Shown in pieces: positions 50,752 through 62,255 of a stretch of 64,000 nucleotides of DNA. The notes under the pieces were generated by a model that worked only from the letters and a program-made list of their open reading frames with translations, ran no database searches and was not told where the DNA came from. The stretch lies in the NCBI GenBank assembly GCA_951406725.2, contig OX597827.1, positions 8,804,001 to 8,868,000 of the forward strand, in the 5' to 3' direction. Numbering within the stretch: position 1 is the stretch's first letter; each line of letters begins with the position of its first letter. Source of the DNA: Octopus vulgaris. Taxonomy: Eukaryota. The translations under genes were made by a program, and so were the position numbers.

Positions 50752-51535
50752 AAGGCGGCGAGCTGGCAGAAACATTAGCACCCTGGGCGAAATGCTTAGC
50801 TGTATTTCGTCTGCCATTAGGTTCTGAGTTCAAATTCCACCGAGGTCGACTTTGCCTTTCATCCTTTCGGGGTCGATAAATTAAGTACCAGTTACACACT
50901 GGGGTCGATGTAATCGACTGAATTCCTTTGTCTGTCCTTGTTTGTCCTCTCTGTGTGTAGCCCCTTGTGGGTAGTAAAGAAATAGGTATTTCGTCTGCTG
51001 CTACGTCCTGTGTTCAAATTCCGCCAAGGTCGACTTTGCCTTTCATCCTTTCAGGGTCGATAAATTAAGTACCAGTTACGCACTGGGGTCGATGTAATCG
51101 ACTGAATCCCTTTGTCTGTCCTTGTTTGTCCTCTCTGTGTGTAGCCCCTTGTGGGTAGTAAAGAAATAGGTATTTCGTCTTCTGCTACGTCCTGTGTTCA
51201 AATTCCGCCAAGGTCGACTTTGCCTTTCATCCTTTCAGGGTTGATAAATTAAGTACCAGTTACACACTGGGGTCGATGTAATCGACTGAATCCCTTTGTC
51301 TGTCCTTGTTTGTCCTCTCTGTGTGTAGCCCCTTGTGGGTAGTAAAGAAATAGGTATTTCGTCTGCCGCTACGTTCTGTGTTCAAATTCCGCCAAGGTCG
51401 ACTTTGCCTTTCATCCTTTCAGGGTCGATAAATTAAGTACCAGTTACACACTGGGGTCGATGTAATCGACTGAATCCCTTTGTCTGTCCTTGTTTGTCCT
51501 CTCTGTGTTTAACCCCTTGTGGGTAGTAAAGAAAT
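50752..51535 (+). mobile_element. SINE family B, head plus four tandem bodies
   Basis: Period of about 183 bp. 15-bp TSD TGTATATA(T/A)GAATTA at 50731 and 51537. Confidence 0.92.
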
Positions 51536-52677
51536 ATGTATATAAGAATTAGTTTTTAAAATTCGATCATCGTTCACTGCAATTCCTATTCTGATATTTG
51601 CTCTTAGCAGGAAACACCAAAAAAATTTCTGTTGCTGGTCTGTGTCAGACATTAATAGTCCTGCCTATCTGCTGGTAGATGATAAGCTGCAAAGTTGTTC
51701 AGTTATTCTCTAGTGATATGACAACATAGAGCAATAACGTTAGTTTATCCAGTAAAAAATTTATTGGTAATATTTTTGTTGTTAGAATTGGTAAAATCCA
51801 TTTGGTGTAATTGGTAGCAGTGTCGTTCATCAAATGGTGTTCTTTTATTGTTTTAGGCTTTGAACCATTATCTATGCTGGAGCATCAACATTTTGAAGTT
51901 GATCATATCAAACCTTATAATATCAATCACAATTTATTGAAAATGTAAGTTACCTTTTGACATAAAGGGATGCGAGTCATGCATGCGTATACACAAACAC
52001 ACACACACATACACACACACACAGAGGTACACACACACACACACACGCAAGTACACATACACGGACATGGATATGGACATGGACACTCACACACACACAC
52101 ACACACACACACATAGACACACACATATGCACAGACACACACATGGACACAGACACACACATGGACACACACACACAGAGGTACACACACACACACACAT
52201 GGACATGGATATGGACATGGACACACACAGGTATACACACACAGAGATACACATACTCACAGGCACACACATGCACAGACACACACATGGATACAGACAC
52301 ACACACGAACACACACATGGACACAGACAGACACACACATAGACACTCTCACACACATGCACATATACACACACACACACACATTAGTCTCTCTCGAGCC
52401 TAGAGGCTGGCTTGTTAGGCAACATGCTATCCTGGTATCCATGGCATTTAAGTGGCTGAGAGTACAAAACTCTCTATTGAACAGAATGCCAGTTTGTCAC
52501 AGGGTTAATACTCTCAAAGCTGTTGCTGAAATGGATTTTCAGCTAAGTTTACTTAAGTAACATGAAATGAAGTGTCCTGCTCAAGGACTCAACACAATGC
52601 CTAGTCTGACAGCCAGACTCATTATCACATGACTGTGAGACTAACACTTAAATGCTAAGCCACACACTTTCATAAAT

Positions 52678-53329
52678 GTACGTACGTACATACATACATA
52701 CATACATGCATACATACATACATACATGCATAAATACATACATACATACATACATACGAACATACATACATACATACAAACATACATACATACATACATA
52801 CATACATACATACATACATACATAAATACATACATACATACATACATACGAACATACATACATACATACATACATACATACATACATACATACATACATA
52901 CATACATACATACATACATACATACATACATACATCACACACACAGCACTATCAACAATCATGAATTAGTTAATCACTTTAATCAATCCAATGTAGTTAT
53001 TGTGCAATGCCTGTGCAAGAAGATTTTTTTTAAAGTGAGGAAAGGCTGTGCACTGAGTCAATCCCACTCACTAAGCAACAGCAGCCATAATCCGAAAAGA
53101 AGAACAAGTCAACATCATCAGTAACTACTGAGCCGCAGGTTTTATGTCGGAGTTATCCCAGTTACCTGAGTTACCTTCTCCTAGAATGATATACATACAT
53201 ACATACATACATACGTACATACATACATAAATACATACATACATACATACACACACATACATACATAAATATATACATACATATATACATACATACATAC
53301 ACACATACATATATACATACATACATACA

Positions 53330-53363
<34 letters not shown>

Positions 53364-54095
53364 CACACATACATGTATGCATGCATACATACATACATAC
53401 ATACATGCATAAATACATACATACATACATACATACACACATACATACATACATACATACACACATACATACATACATACATACATACATACATACATAC
53501 ATACATACATACATACATACATACATACATACATACATAAATACATACATACATACATACATACATACATACATACATACATACATACATACATACATAC
53601 ATACATACATACATAAATACATACATACATACATACATACATACATACATACATACACACATACATACATACATACATGCATACACACATACATACATAC
53701 ATACACACATACATACATACATACATACATACATACATACATACATACATACATACACACATACATACATACACACATACATACATACATACATACATAC
53801 ACACATACATACATACATACACACATACATACATACATGATACATACATACATACATACATACATACATACATACATACATACATACACACATACATACA
53901 TACATACATACATACATACATACATACATACTTACATGCATACATACATACATACATACATACATACATACATACATACATACATACATACATACATACA
54001 CACATACATACATACATACATACATACATGCATACATACATACTTACATGCATACATACATGCATGCATAAATACTTACATACATACATTTGCAC
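52678..54095. repeat. Two long (TACA)n tetranucleotide arrays (52678-52935 and 53190-54095)
   Basis: Seen directly in the sequence. Confidence 0.95.
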
Positions 54096-54354
54096 AAACA
54101 CACAAGCACACATACAGCTATATTAGTCTGTGTCTTTAATTATCTGCAATGAACTTTCTTTTTTTTTATTAGCTGAGAAACTAACAGTGCAGGCCTCACT
54201 AAACCAGGTCTACCTCTAGTTACAATGGTTTAGCTCTGAATTCAAAATATCAATTAATTTATTGAAGTTATGCAGTAACCATGACTACTCTGCTTTCTGT
54301 TTTACTCCAAAATGAGCAGCATTCAATTTTTATATAAATTTAAGACGTGTTGTA

Positions 54355-54781
54355 TACTCTCTCTTTTACTCTTTTACTTTTTTACTTGTTTCAGTCATTT
54401 GACTGTGGCCATGCTGGAGCACCACCTTTAATCGAGCAACTCGACCCCGGGACTTATTCTTTTGTAAGCCCAGTACTTATTCTATCGGTCTCTTTTGCTG
54501 AACCGCTAAGTAACGGGGACATAAACACACCAGCATCAGGTGTCAAGCAATGCTAGGGGGACAAACAAACACAGACACACAAACACACACACGCATATAT
54601 ATATATATACATATATACGACGGGCTTCTTTCAGTTTCCTTCTACCAAATCCACTCACAAAGCTTTGGTCAGCCTGAGGCTATAATAGAAGACACTTGCC
54701 CAAGATGCCACGCAGTGGGACTGAACCCGGAACCATGTGGTTGGTAAGCAAGCTACTTACCACACAGCCACTCCCGCGCCT
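54355..54781 (-). mobile_element. SINE family A
   Basis: Reverse-complement match. Confidence 0.9.
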
Positions 54782-55264
54782 GTATAATGATATAATTTTT
54801 CAGTATTATATCATTACTGAAGGTAAGGATATAATAAGGTACACAAATAGACTCAGTCTATTTGTGGACCTTATTCGTTATGTACTTACAAAAACATTTT
54901 AGAACTACTGAGAGATTAATTGCATAATGCACTATTTCAATTCTTGGTCTATGAAAATTTATAGTTTTTTTTTTTTATAATGTCTTCGAATGAAACAAAC
55001 AAAACGTTTCCATACTGAACTGATGAAAGCTTTTGATGGATTTCAAAGCCCAATACATTTCAGCCTGTGGAAAGCAGATCACTAAATACTACTTTTATTT
55101 GTAAGAAAGAAAAGCAAAGCAGTCGTGATGAATGTAATAACAATGAATACAAATGATATCCAAAGTGAAATTTCAAATTAAAATAGCGACTGTATTAACA
55201 AGAGGGATATTCTTCTTAATACAAGGTCTGGCAATGCATACACATTTAATTTTCCTGCCAGTAA

Positions 55265-56522
55265 TAGAAAATTACATTGGACATAGGGTATAAAAGTTAT
55301 GGAGAGATTTATTGCCCAAATAATTAGGAACAGAATTAGACCAGATGAGATGTAGTTTGGCTTTTGTGTCAGGGAGAAACTCTATCAATGCCATCTCCTT
55401 AGTCAGATGACTGAAGGCAAAGTATTTAGCTCAGAGTAAGCAATTGTACTCGGCATTCATTGACATAGAGAAAGCTTTCAGCAGAGTCCCTTACTTCATG
55501 ATCTGATAGTCTCTGGGGAAGTAGGGGTTGATGAATAACTCATGAAAGCCAAACAAGCCAGGTACAGGAATTCTAGGTAGGAGTCCTATTGAACTTGGTT
55601 CTCGTTTCCCCCCTATTCCTGATTGTGCCCCAGGCTAAAACAAGCAAAATCTCCTGGGAGCTGTTATATATTTGATTATCTCATTCTCACTGTGGAATCT
55701 GTAATAGAATTAGAAATGGAATTCCAGGTATGGAAGCAAAAAAATACCTGAAATCAAAGGACTTAAAAGTTAACTTACTGAAGACTAAAGTTCTAGTAAG
55801 CCGGAAAACTGATAAGACTCTATTCTCTTCTGGTAAATGATTCTGCTAGATATGCAGGAAATGTGTAGGCAGGAATTCCATATAGTGTATAAAGTGCAAG
55901 CTGTGAACACACAAGAAGTGCAGTGGAATCACAGAAAGGTTAATAGAGGAAGTAGAGTTTACATGTGAAAGAAGTGCAGGTGTAGTACACACCAAGGACA
56001 CACAGTAAATAGATTTTCTTGAATGCCCTAGAGGCTCCCTTGAGGTAGTAAACATTTTCTTATTTCTTTATTGCCCACAAGGGGCTAAGCATAGAGGGGA
56101 CAAACAAGGACAGACAAACGGATTAAGTCGATTACATCGACCCCAGTGCGTAACTGCTACTTAATTTATCGACCCTGAACGGATGAAAGGCAAAGTCGAC
56201 CTCGGCGGAACTTGAACTCAGAACGTAACGGCAGACGAAATACGGCTACGCATTTCGCCCGGTGTGCTAACGTTTCTGCCAGCTCGCCGCCTAATAGTAG
56301 TGAACATTTTCTGTTACCTCTGAAACCTAATTAGACCTAATGGCAGAAAATGTTCTGAGAGTATAGTTGCTAGAATAAGAAAAGGGATGGAGAAAGTTCA
56401 ATGAGCTATTTACTTCTGTTGCTAACCAAAGTCTCTCGCTCAGTGTGAAACGCAGATTGTGTGAGGCCTGTGTACAAACAGCAATGTTACACGATGGTGA
56501 CACTTGGGCTGTGAATGCAGAG
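55265..56522 (+). pseudogene. Decayed RTE-clade reverse transcriptase region with an embedded PHD-like finger
   Basis: KVMERFIAQIIR..DEM*FGF..KYLAQSKQLYSAFIDIEKAFSRVP, a degenerate ELLY.DDL, KVNLLKTKVL, a Cys-rich block, then EVVNIFCYL..SESIVARIR..ACVQTAMLHDGDTWAV. Many stops and frameshifts. Confidence 0.85.
56061..56291 (-). mobile_element. SINE family B monomer inserted in the RTE
   Basis: 16-bp TSD GTAGT(A/G)AACATTTTCT at 56045-56060 and 56297-56312. Confidence 0.92.
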
Positions 56523-56733
56523 TGTCTTATATTAGGCCTTTGTTTTTATGTTTGTCTCTCATCACCAAACAGTTGATGCTGGTTCTTTTATGTATCTTCC
56601 TGTAACTTACTGCTTCAGGTAAAAGAAACTGATACAATAAGTACCAAACTTAAAATAAGTACTGCAGTACATTATTTACATTATTTACATTATTTACAAT
56701 TGATGGATATTTGTCCTCATCTTGTCTGTTGTT

Positions 56734-56779
56734 AACACAACGTTTCATCTCATATACCCTCCAGCCTTCATCAGGTGTC
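56734..56779 (-). ncRNA. Minimal hammerhead motif with decayed stem II in a remnant next to (AAT)n
   Basis: GACAC-CUGAUGA-A-GGCUG...GAGAU-GAAAC-GUU-GUGUU. Core and stem I are intact; stem II is unpaired. Confidence 0.6.
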
Positions 56780-56900
56780 TTGGAGAAATTTTGAACCTGG
56801 GTTCTCATTCCTAAGGTATTTTTCGATGTTATCATTATCGTTATTATTATTATTATCATTATTATTATTATTATTATTATTGTTATTACTATTATTATTA

Positions 56901-56959
<59 letters not shown>

Positions 56960-57199
56960 TTTCGATGTCGTTGTTATTATTATTAGTATTCCAAGTTCGA
57001 TTCCACTGCCTGGAATCAAACTCGGAATTTTGGGATTGATTACAAGACTAGTGGCAGTGCTCCAGCAAGGCCACAACCCATTGCCTGGAACTGGTGAAAG
57101 AAATGGTAATAGTGAGGCAGACCCCTCCAACACATGCCAGCACATTGGGAAAGAGAGATAAAATTACTATGTATCAATATGATGGTAATGGGAATGATA

Positions 57200-57767
57200 A
57201 TGGTGGTGGTTGTGGTGGTGGTTGTGGTGCAGGTGGTGTAGTGGTGATGATGATGACGACAAAGATGACAATGGCAGTGGTGGTGGAAGCAGTTGTGGAA
57301 GAAATCATGATGAGGAGGAGGATGGTGGTGGTGGTGGCGACGGCGGTGGTGGTGGTGGTGGTGGCGATGGTGGCGATGGTGGTGGGTGGTGATGGAAGTA
57401 GTGGTGGTGGTGGCGGTGGTGGCGGTGGCGGTGGTGACGGTGACGGTGGTGGTGGTGGTGGTGGCGGCAGCGGCGGTGGTGGTGGTGGTGGTGACGGTGG
57501 TGGTTGTGGTGGAGATGGTGGTGGTAGTGGCGGTGGTGGTGGTGGCGGTGGTGGTGGTGACGTTGACGGTGGTGGTGGTGGTGGTGGTGGCGGTGGTGGC
57601 GGTGGCGGTGGTGGTGGTGGCGGTGACGGTGGTGGTGGTGGTGGTGGCGGCAGCGGCGGTGGTGGTGGTGGTGGTGGTGGTGGTGGTGGTGGTGGTGGTG
57701 GTGGTGGTGATGGTGGTGGAGGTGGCGGCGGCGGTGGTGGTGGTGGATGTGGTGACAGTGGCGGCAG
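57200..57767. repeat. (GGT)n/(GGC)n G-rich microsatellite
   Basis: Seen directly in the sequence. Confidence 0.95.
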
Positions 57768-58539
57768 TACATAATATGGAAAACAGTTATAATGAGATGG
57801 ACGCACATTTACATTAGATCTAAAGAGTAGAGAAGCTGGACAACAGAGGAAGAAGAACACAAGAGAAGGCATGGATTGAAATGAAATACTGCGTAAGACA
57901 AGCAGAGTATGGTTAGAGCTTAACCCTAGGTTCACACGTAATTGAGCAGATCTATTTTGGGAGCAGTTTTGTTCAGAGATACGTGGGCAAGTCTGGAACA
58001 ATAGCGTCCCAAGTAATAACAGTAAAAAATTTTAAAAAAAAACAAAATAAAAAATAGAAATGGTAACACCTTGTTAGCAAAATGTGACAATATATCTGGG
58101 GTCGAGAAAAAATATTGTTTCTGTAAATATCAAAGTTATTTTAGCTGATGTATCTCACTTGAGCTTTGATTATATATATGGATGTGACATCAGAATTCAT
58201 CCAAAAACAAATATTGTCTTTGATCTTGGAATGACTGTAAAGTTAGCAGGAATATACTCCTGAAGCAAAAAGATTTCAAACATTGCTTTGATAGAAAATA
58301 TGAAAACAAAAAAAAGTTACTTGAAGCTTTACAAGTTGACCATAAAGAAAAAATATAGTCACGAGAAATAATATATATATTCTGTATTATTGCCTTTTCT
58401 AGTTGTGTGCGTGTATCTGTGTGTGTGTGTGTGTGTGTACGTGTGTGCACGAGTGCGTGCATGAGGGCGTGCACGAGTGTGTGCATGTGTACGTGAGTGA
58501 GTGTATGCATGTGTGAGGGTATATATGTATGTATACATG

Positions 58540-59400
58540 TATGTATAATGCATTATGTATGCATGTATGAATTTTTGCATTATGCATTATGTGTATACGT
58601 ATGTATGTATATATATGGATATATGCATGCATGTATGTAGTATGTATGTGTGTATGCATGTATGTATGTTTCTGTATGTGTATGTATGTATGTATATATG
58701 CATTATGCATTTTGTGCATACGTGTGTATGTATATATATGGATATATGCATGCATGTATGTAGTATGTATGTGTGTGTATGTATGTATGTTTCTGTATGT
58801 ATATGTATGTATATATGCATTATGCATTTTGTGCATGCGTGTGTATGTATATATATATGTATATATGCATGCATGTATGTAGTATGTATGTGTGTGTATG
58901 CATGTATGTATGTTTCTGTATGTGTATGTATGTATATGTATGTATCTATATATGCATTATGCGTTATGTATGTATATATGCATTATGCATTTTGTGCATA
59001 CATGTGTATGTATATATGGATATATATACATACATATGCATGTATATATATACATACATATGCATGTATATATATACATATGCATGTATTAGTATGTATG
59101 TGTGTGTATGCATGTATATGTTTCTGTATGTGTATGTAGTTATGTATATGTATGTATGTATATATGCATTATGTGTATATATGTGTATGTATATATGGAT
59201 ATATACATGCATGTATGTATGTTTCTGTATGGTGTATGTATATTTGCATTATGCATTTTGTGTATACGTGTGTATGTATATATGGATATATGCATGTATG
59301 TAGTATGTATATGTGTATGTGTATGTATGTATGTTTTTGTATGCGTATGTACACATGTGTGTGCATGTATATATATACTTGCATGTATGTATATATGCAT
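58540..59400. repeat. Cryptic TA/TG satellite with a higher-order unit of about 120 bp
   Basis: ATATGCATTATGCATTTTGTG and ATATGGATATAT recur several times. Confidence 0.85.
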
Positions 59401-59765
59401 TAAAAACAGTTAAGAATAGGACCCTAATCTTTTTTTCTTTTGCTACTTTCAGACAAACTGCAATTACGCTAGGGTGTGGTCTTGTAAACGTTTATAGTTA
59501 ATGAGTATGACATCAATACTTATATCAGTCCGATACTTATATAATCGATATCTATGCATCAAATAGCAAGGTTATATAATGGATTAAGGAATAAAAGGAT
59601 GTTGCCTGCTTCAGTGAATGCAAGCACACACACACACACGCAAATTTTTATCAGTTTGAATTTCAGAGTTCTTTCCCTTGTTTTGACAAGAATTATCAAT
59701 GGTGCTGATTTTTTTTATTGTAAATGTAATCTTAACTGGTGCATATTTTCCATTTTACCTTTTAT

Positions 59766-60238
59766 CCCTTTCATTACCAACCCGGCCAAAACCGCCTCTG
59801 GCTCTGTAGTACAAATGTCTTGTTTTCTTAAGTTTTGAATCAAAATCTTCCACCAAATCTTAGTCACAATTTATGTTACTAAAACTAGCTGAATGATAAC
59901 TAAGTTATTTTACTAAATTGTTTGTTATATTTAAAGTAATTGAAAGAAACACAGAACATCTCAACAGAAATAGGGTAACAAAAGGGTTAAAATATATAAT
60001 AGAGAAACAATTCTTAACCCTTTTGATACCAACTTGGCTGAAACCGGTTCTGGCTCTGTAGTACAAATGTCTTGTTTTCATAAGTTTTGAATCAAAATCT
60101 TCCACCAAATCTTAGTCACAATTTATGTTACTAACACTAGCTGAATGATAACTGAGATATTTTACTAAATTCTTTGTTATATTTAAAGTAATTGAAAGAA
60201 ACACAGAGCATCTCAGAATAAATACAGTAACGAAAGGG
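59766..60238 (-). mobile_element. piggyBac-type MITE Y dimer with TTAT target duplication
   Basis: Copies at 59766-59986 and 60018-60238 with the same spacer as in 37316-37346. TTAT at 59762-59765 and 60239-60242. Confidence 0.9.
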
Positions 60239-60911
60239 TTATATATTTTCTCAATGGATCAAGTATATTAGCCCTTCTCTATAGTTTCTATCTATCAAGT
60301 CCCACTCATGAAGTATTGGTAAAAGATACAATGAAAATACTCTTGCATAACATGCCATACAATGGGACTGAACCCTGAAGCATGTAATTGTAAAGCAAGC
60401 TTGCATGAAAAATATAAATAAATTGATCAAATTATTTCAACAAGTGTTTGCTAAGCAAATTATTTTATCAATTAATTGATGTGGATAGTCATAAAACAAC
60501 AATAATAACTAAACAATGAAGTTATTGATCATGTCCAATAACAGCATCATTTTATCACCCAAAGAATCTTACTTTTTCCTTACAGACCAGACAAAATAAA
60601 TAAATAGGAAAGAAAAATCAAGATAAAATTCTAATATACATTTTAATAAGTTTTATAGATATTTCTGAACAAGCAGTCTGTGTTTATATTTATGATATAA
60701 TAAATGATTTCTCACAAAATTAGGAGGAGGTGGAGCATAGACAATTACATTGATATCTGCACGTTATTTCTAACCAATTAGTCAAGAAGGGAAGAATGAC
60801 TCTCATGTGTCCATTCTATTTTCCCCTGGTTTCCATGACAAGTGAAAGGAAGGGAGTAAGTTATCTGTAAGCCAGAGGCTTGACCCAAATGCTAACCTAG
60901 CATATATATAT

Positions 60912-61130
60912 ATATTTCTTTATTAGCCACAAGGGGATAAACATAGAGGGGACAAACAAAGGGATTAAGTCAATTACATCGACTCCAGTGCAAAACTGGT
61001 ACTTTATTTATCGACCCTGAAAGGATGAAAGGCAAAGTCGACCTCGGTGGAATTTGAACTTAGAACGTAATGACAGATGAAATACTGCAAAGCATTTCGA
61101 CCAGCGCACTAACGTGTCTGTCAGCTCACC
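60912..61130 (-). mobile_element. SINE family B monomer
   Basis: Family B match. Confidence 0.8.
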
Positions 61131-61132
61131 AC

Positions 61133-61171
<39 letters not shown>

Positions 61172-61237
61172 CATATAAACATACATACATATATGTGTGC
61201 GTATGTATACATATATATTTATATGTATCAGCAGCAG

Positions 61238-61500
61238 CATCATCATCATCATCATCATTTAACATCCGTTGTCAATGCTGGCATGGGTTGGGCAGTTTGA
61301 CTAGGGCTGGCAAGCTAGAAGGCTGCTCCAGACTCCAGTCTGTTTTAGCATGGTTTCTGTGGTTGGATGCCCTTCCTAACACCAACCACTGTGACACTGG
61401 TATCTGCAGGTTTTCCTAGCTTCATGGATCTTTCTCGCAAGCACAGCATAATGCCAAATGGACTCAGACATTGCCTCCATGAAGCCCAATGATTGAAGCA
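61238..61500 (-). mobile_element. RTE LINE 3' end
   Basis: LQSLGFMEAMSESIWHYAVLARK C-terminus, RTE 3' UTR and (GAT)n tail. Confidence 0.75.
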
Positions 61501-61602
61501 TGGCAAAATGCCAAAAGGGTCTCGGTCCTTGCCTACGTGAGGTGCAACACTCAAAAGGTGCTTTTACATGCCACCGGTAGGGGTGACATTTGTGTGACAC
61601 CG

Positions 61603-61639
<37 letters not shown>

Positions 61640-61695
61640 CCAGCTACTAAAGCTTTCTTTTCTTTTATTCTCTCTCTGTTTATTTTCTCATGTTC

Positions 61696-61731
61696 CTTTC
61701 TGCTGAAGAGCATAGGCTCGAAATGTAAACG
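61696..61731 (+). ncRNA. Variant minimal hammerhead (CUGCUGA core) in a remnant at 61640-61810
   Basis: CUUU-CUGCUGA-A-GAGC-AUAG-GCUC-GAAAU-GUA-AACG. Confidence 0.55.
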
Positions 61732-61810
61732 ACTTTCTCACCTTCCCGAGTGTTAAACTAATACACCTGTTTATTGTTTGCACACCTGTCTTCATCTTAT
61801 ATATTTTTGT

Positions 61811-62228
61811 GAGTGGCTGTGTGGTAAGTAGCTTGCTAACCAACCACATGGTTCCAGGTTCAGTCCCACTGCGTGGCATCTTGGGCAAGTGTCTTCTGCT
61901 ATAGCCCCGGGCCGACCAATGCCTTGTGAGTGGATTTGGTAGACAGAAACTAAAAGAAGCCTGTCGTATATATGTATATATATATATATATATGAATGTG
62001 TGTGTGTGTGTGTTTGTGTGTCTGTGTTTGTCTCCCTAGCATTGCTTGACAACCGATGCTGGTGTGTTTACGTCTCCGTCACTTAGCGGTTTGGCAAAAG
62101 AGACCGATAGGATAAGTACTGGGCTTACAAAGAATAAGTTCTGGGGTAGATTTGCTCGACTAAAGGCGGTGCTCCAGCATGGCCACAGTCAAATGACTGA
62201 AACAAGTAAAAGAGTAAAAGAGTAAAGA
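61811..62228 (+). mobile_element. SINE family A (slightly 5'-truncated)
   Basis: Match from GAGTGGCTGTGTGG to the tail. Confidence 0.9.
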
Positions 62229-62255
62229 ATATATATATATGTGTGTGTGTGTGAG

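Noticed and set aside
53125-54139. Long MYVC/HTYI-repeat ORFs (also near 19.6, 23.3 and 58.5 kb)
   Set aside because: Stop-free frames of TACA/TA/TG repeats.
55018-55060. CTGATGA followed by a GCTTT/AAAGC hairpin
   Set aside because: No GAAA or stem I/III partner, so not a hammerhead. The CTGATGA on the minus strand near 6806 fails the same way.
57094-58001. Poly-Pro (formin/extensin-like) and poly-Gly ORFs
   Set aside because: Translations of (GGT)n; the flanking residues show no domain.
3246-62052. Recurrent small ORFs such as MSSNARGTNTDTQ...GLNPEPCGW
   Set aside because: Antisense translations of SINE family A copies, not a gene family.
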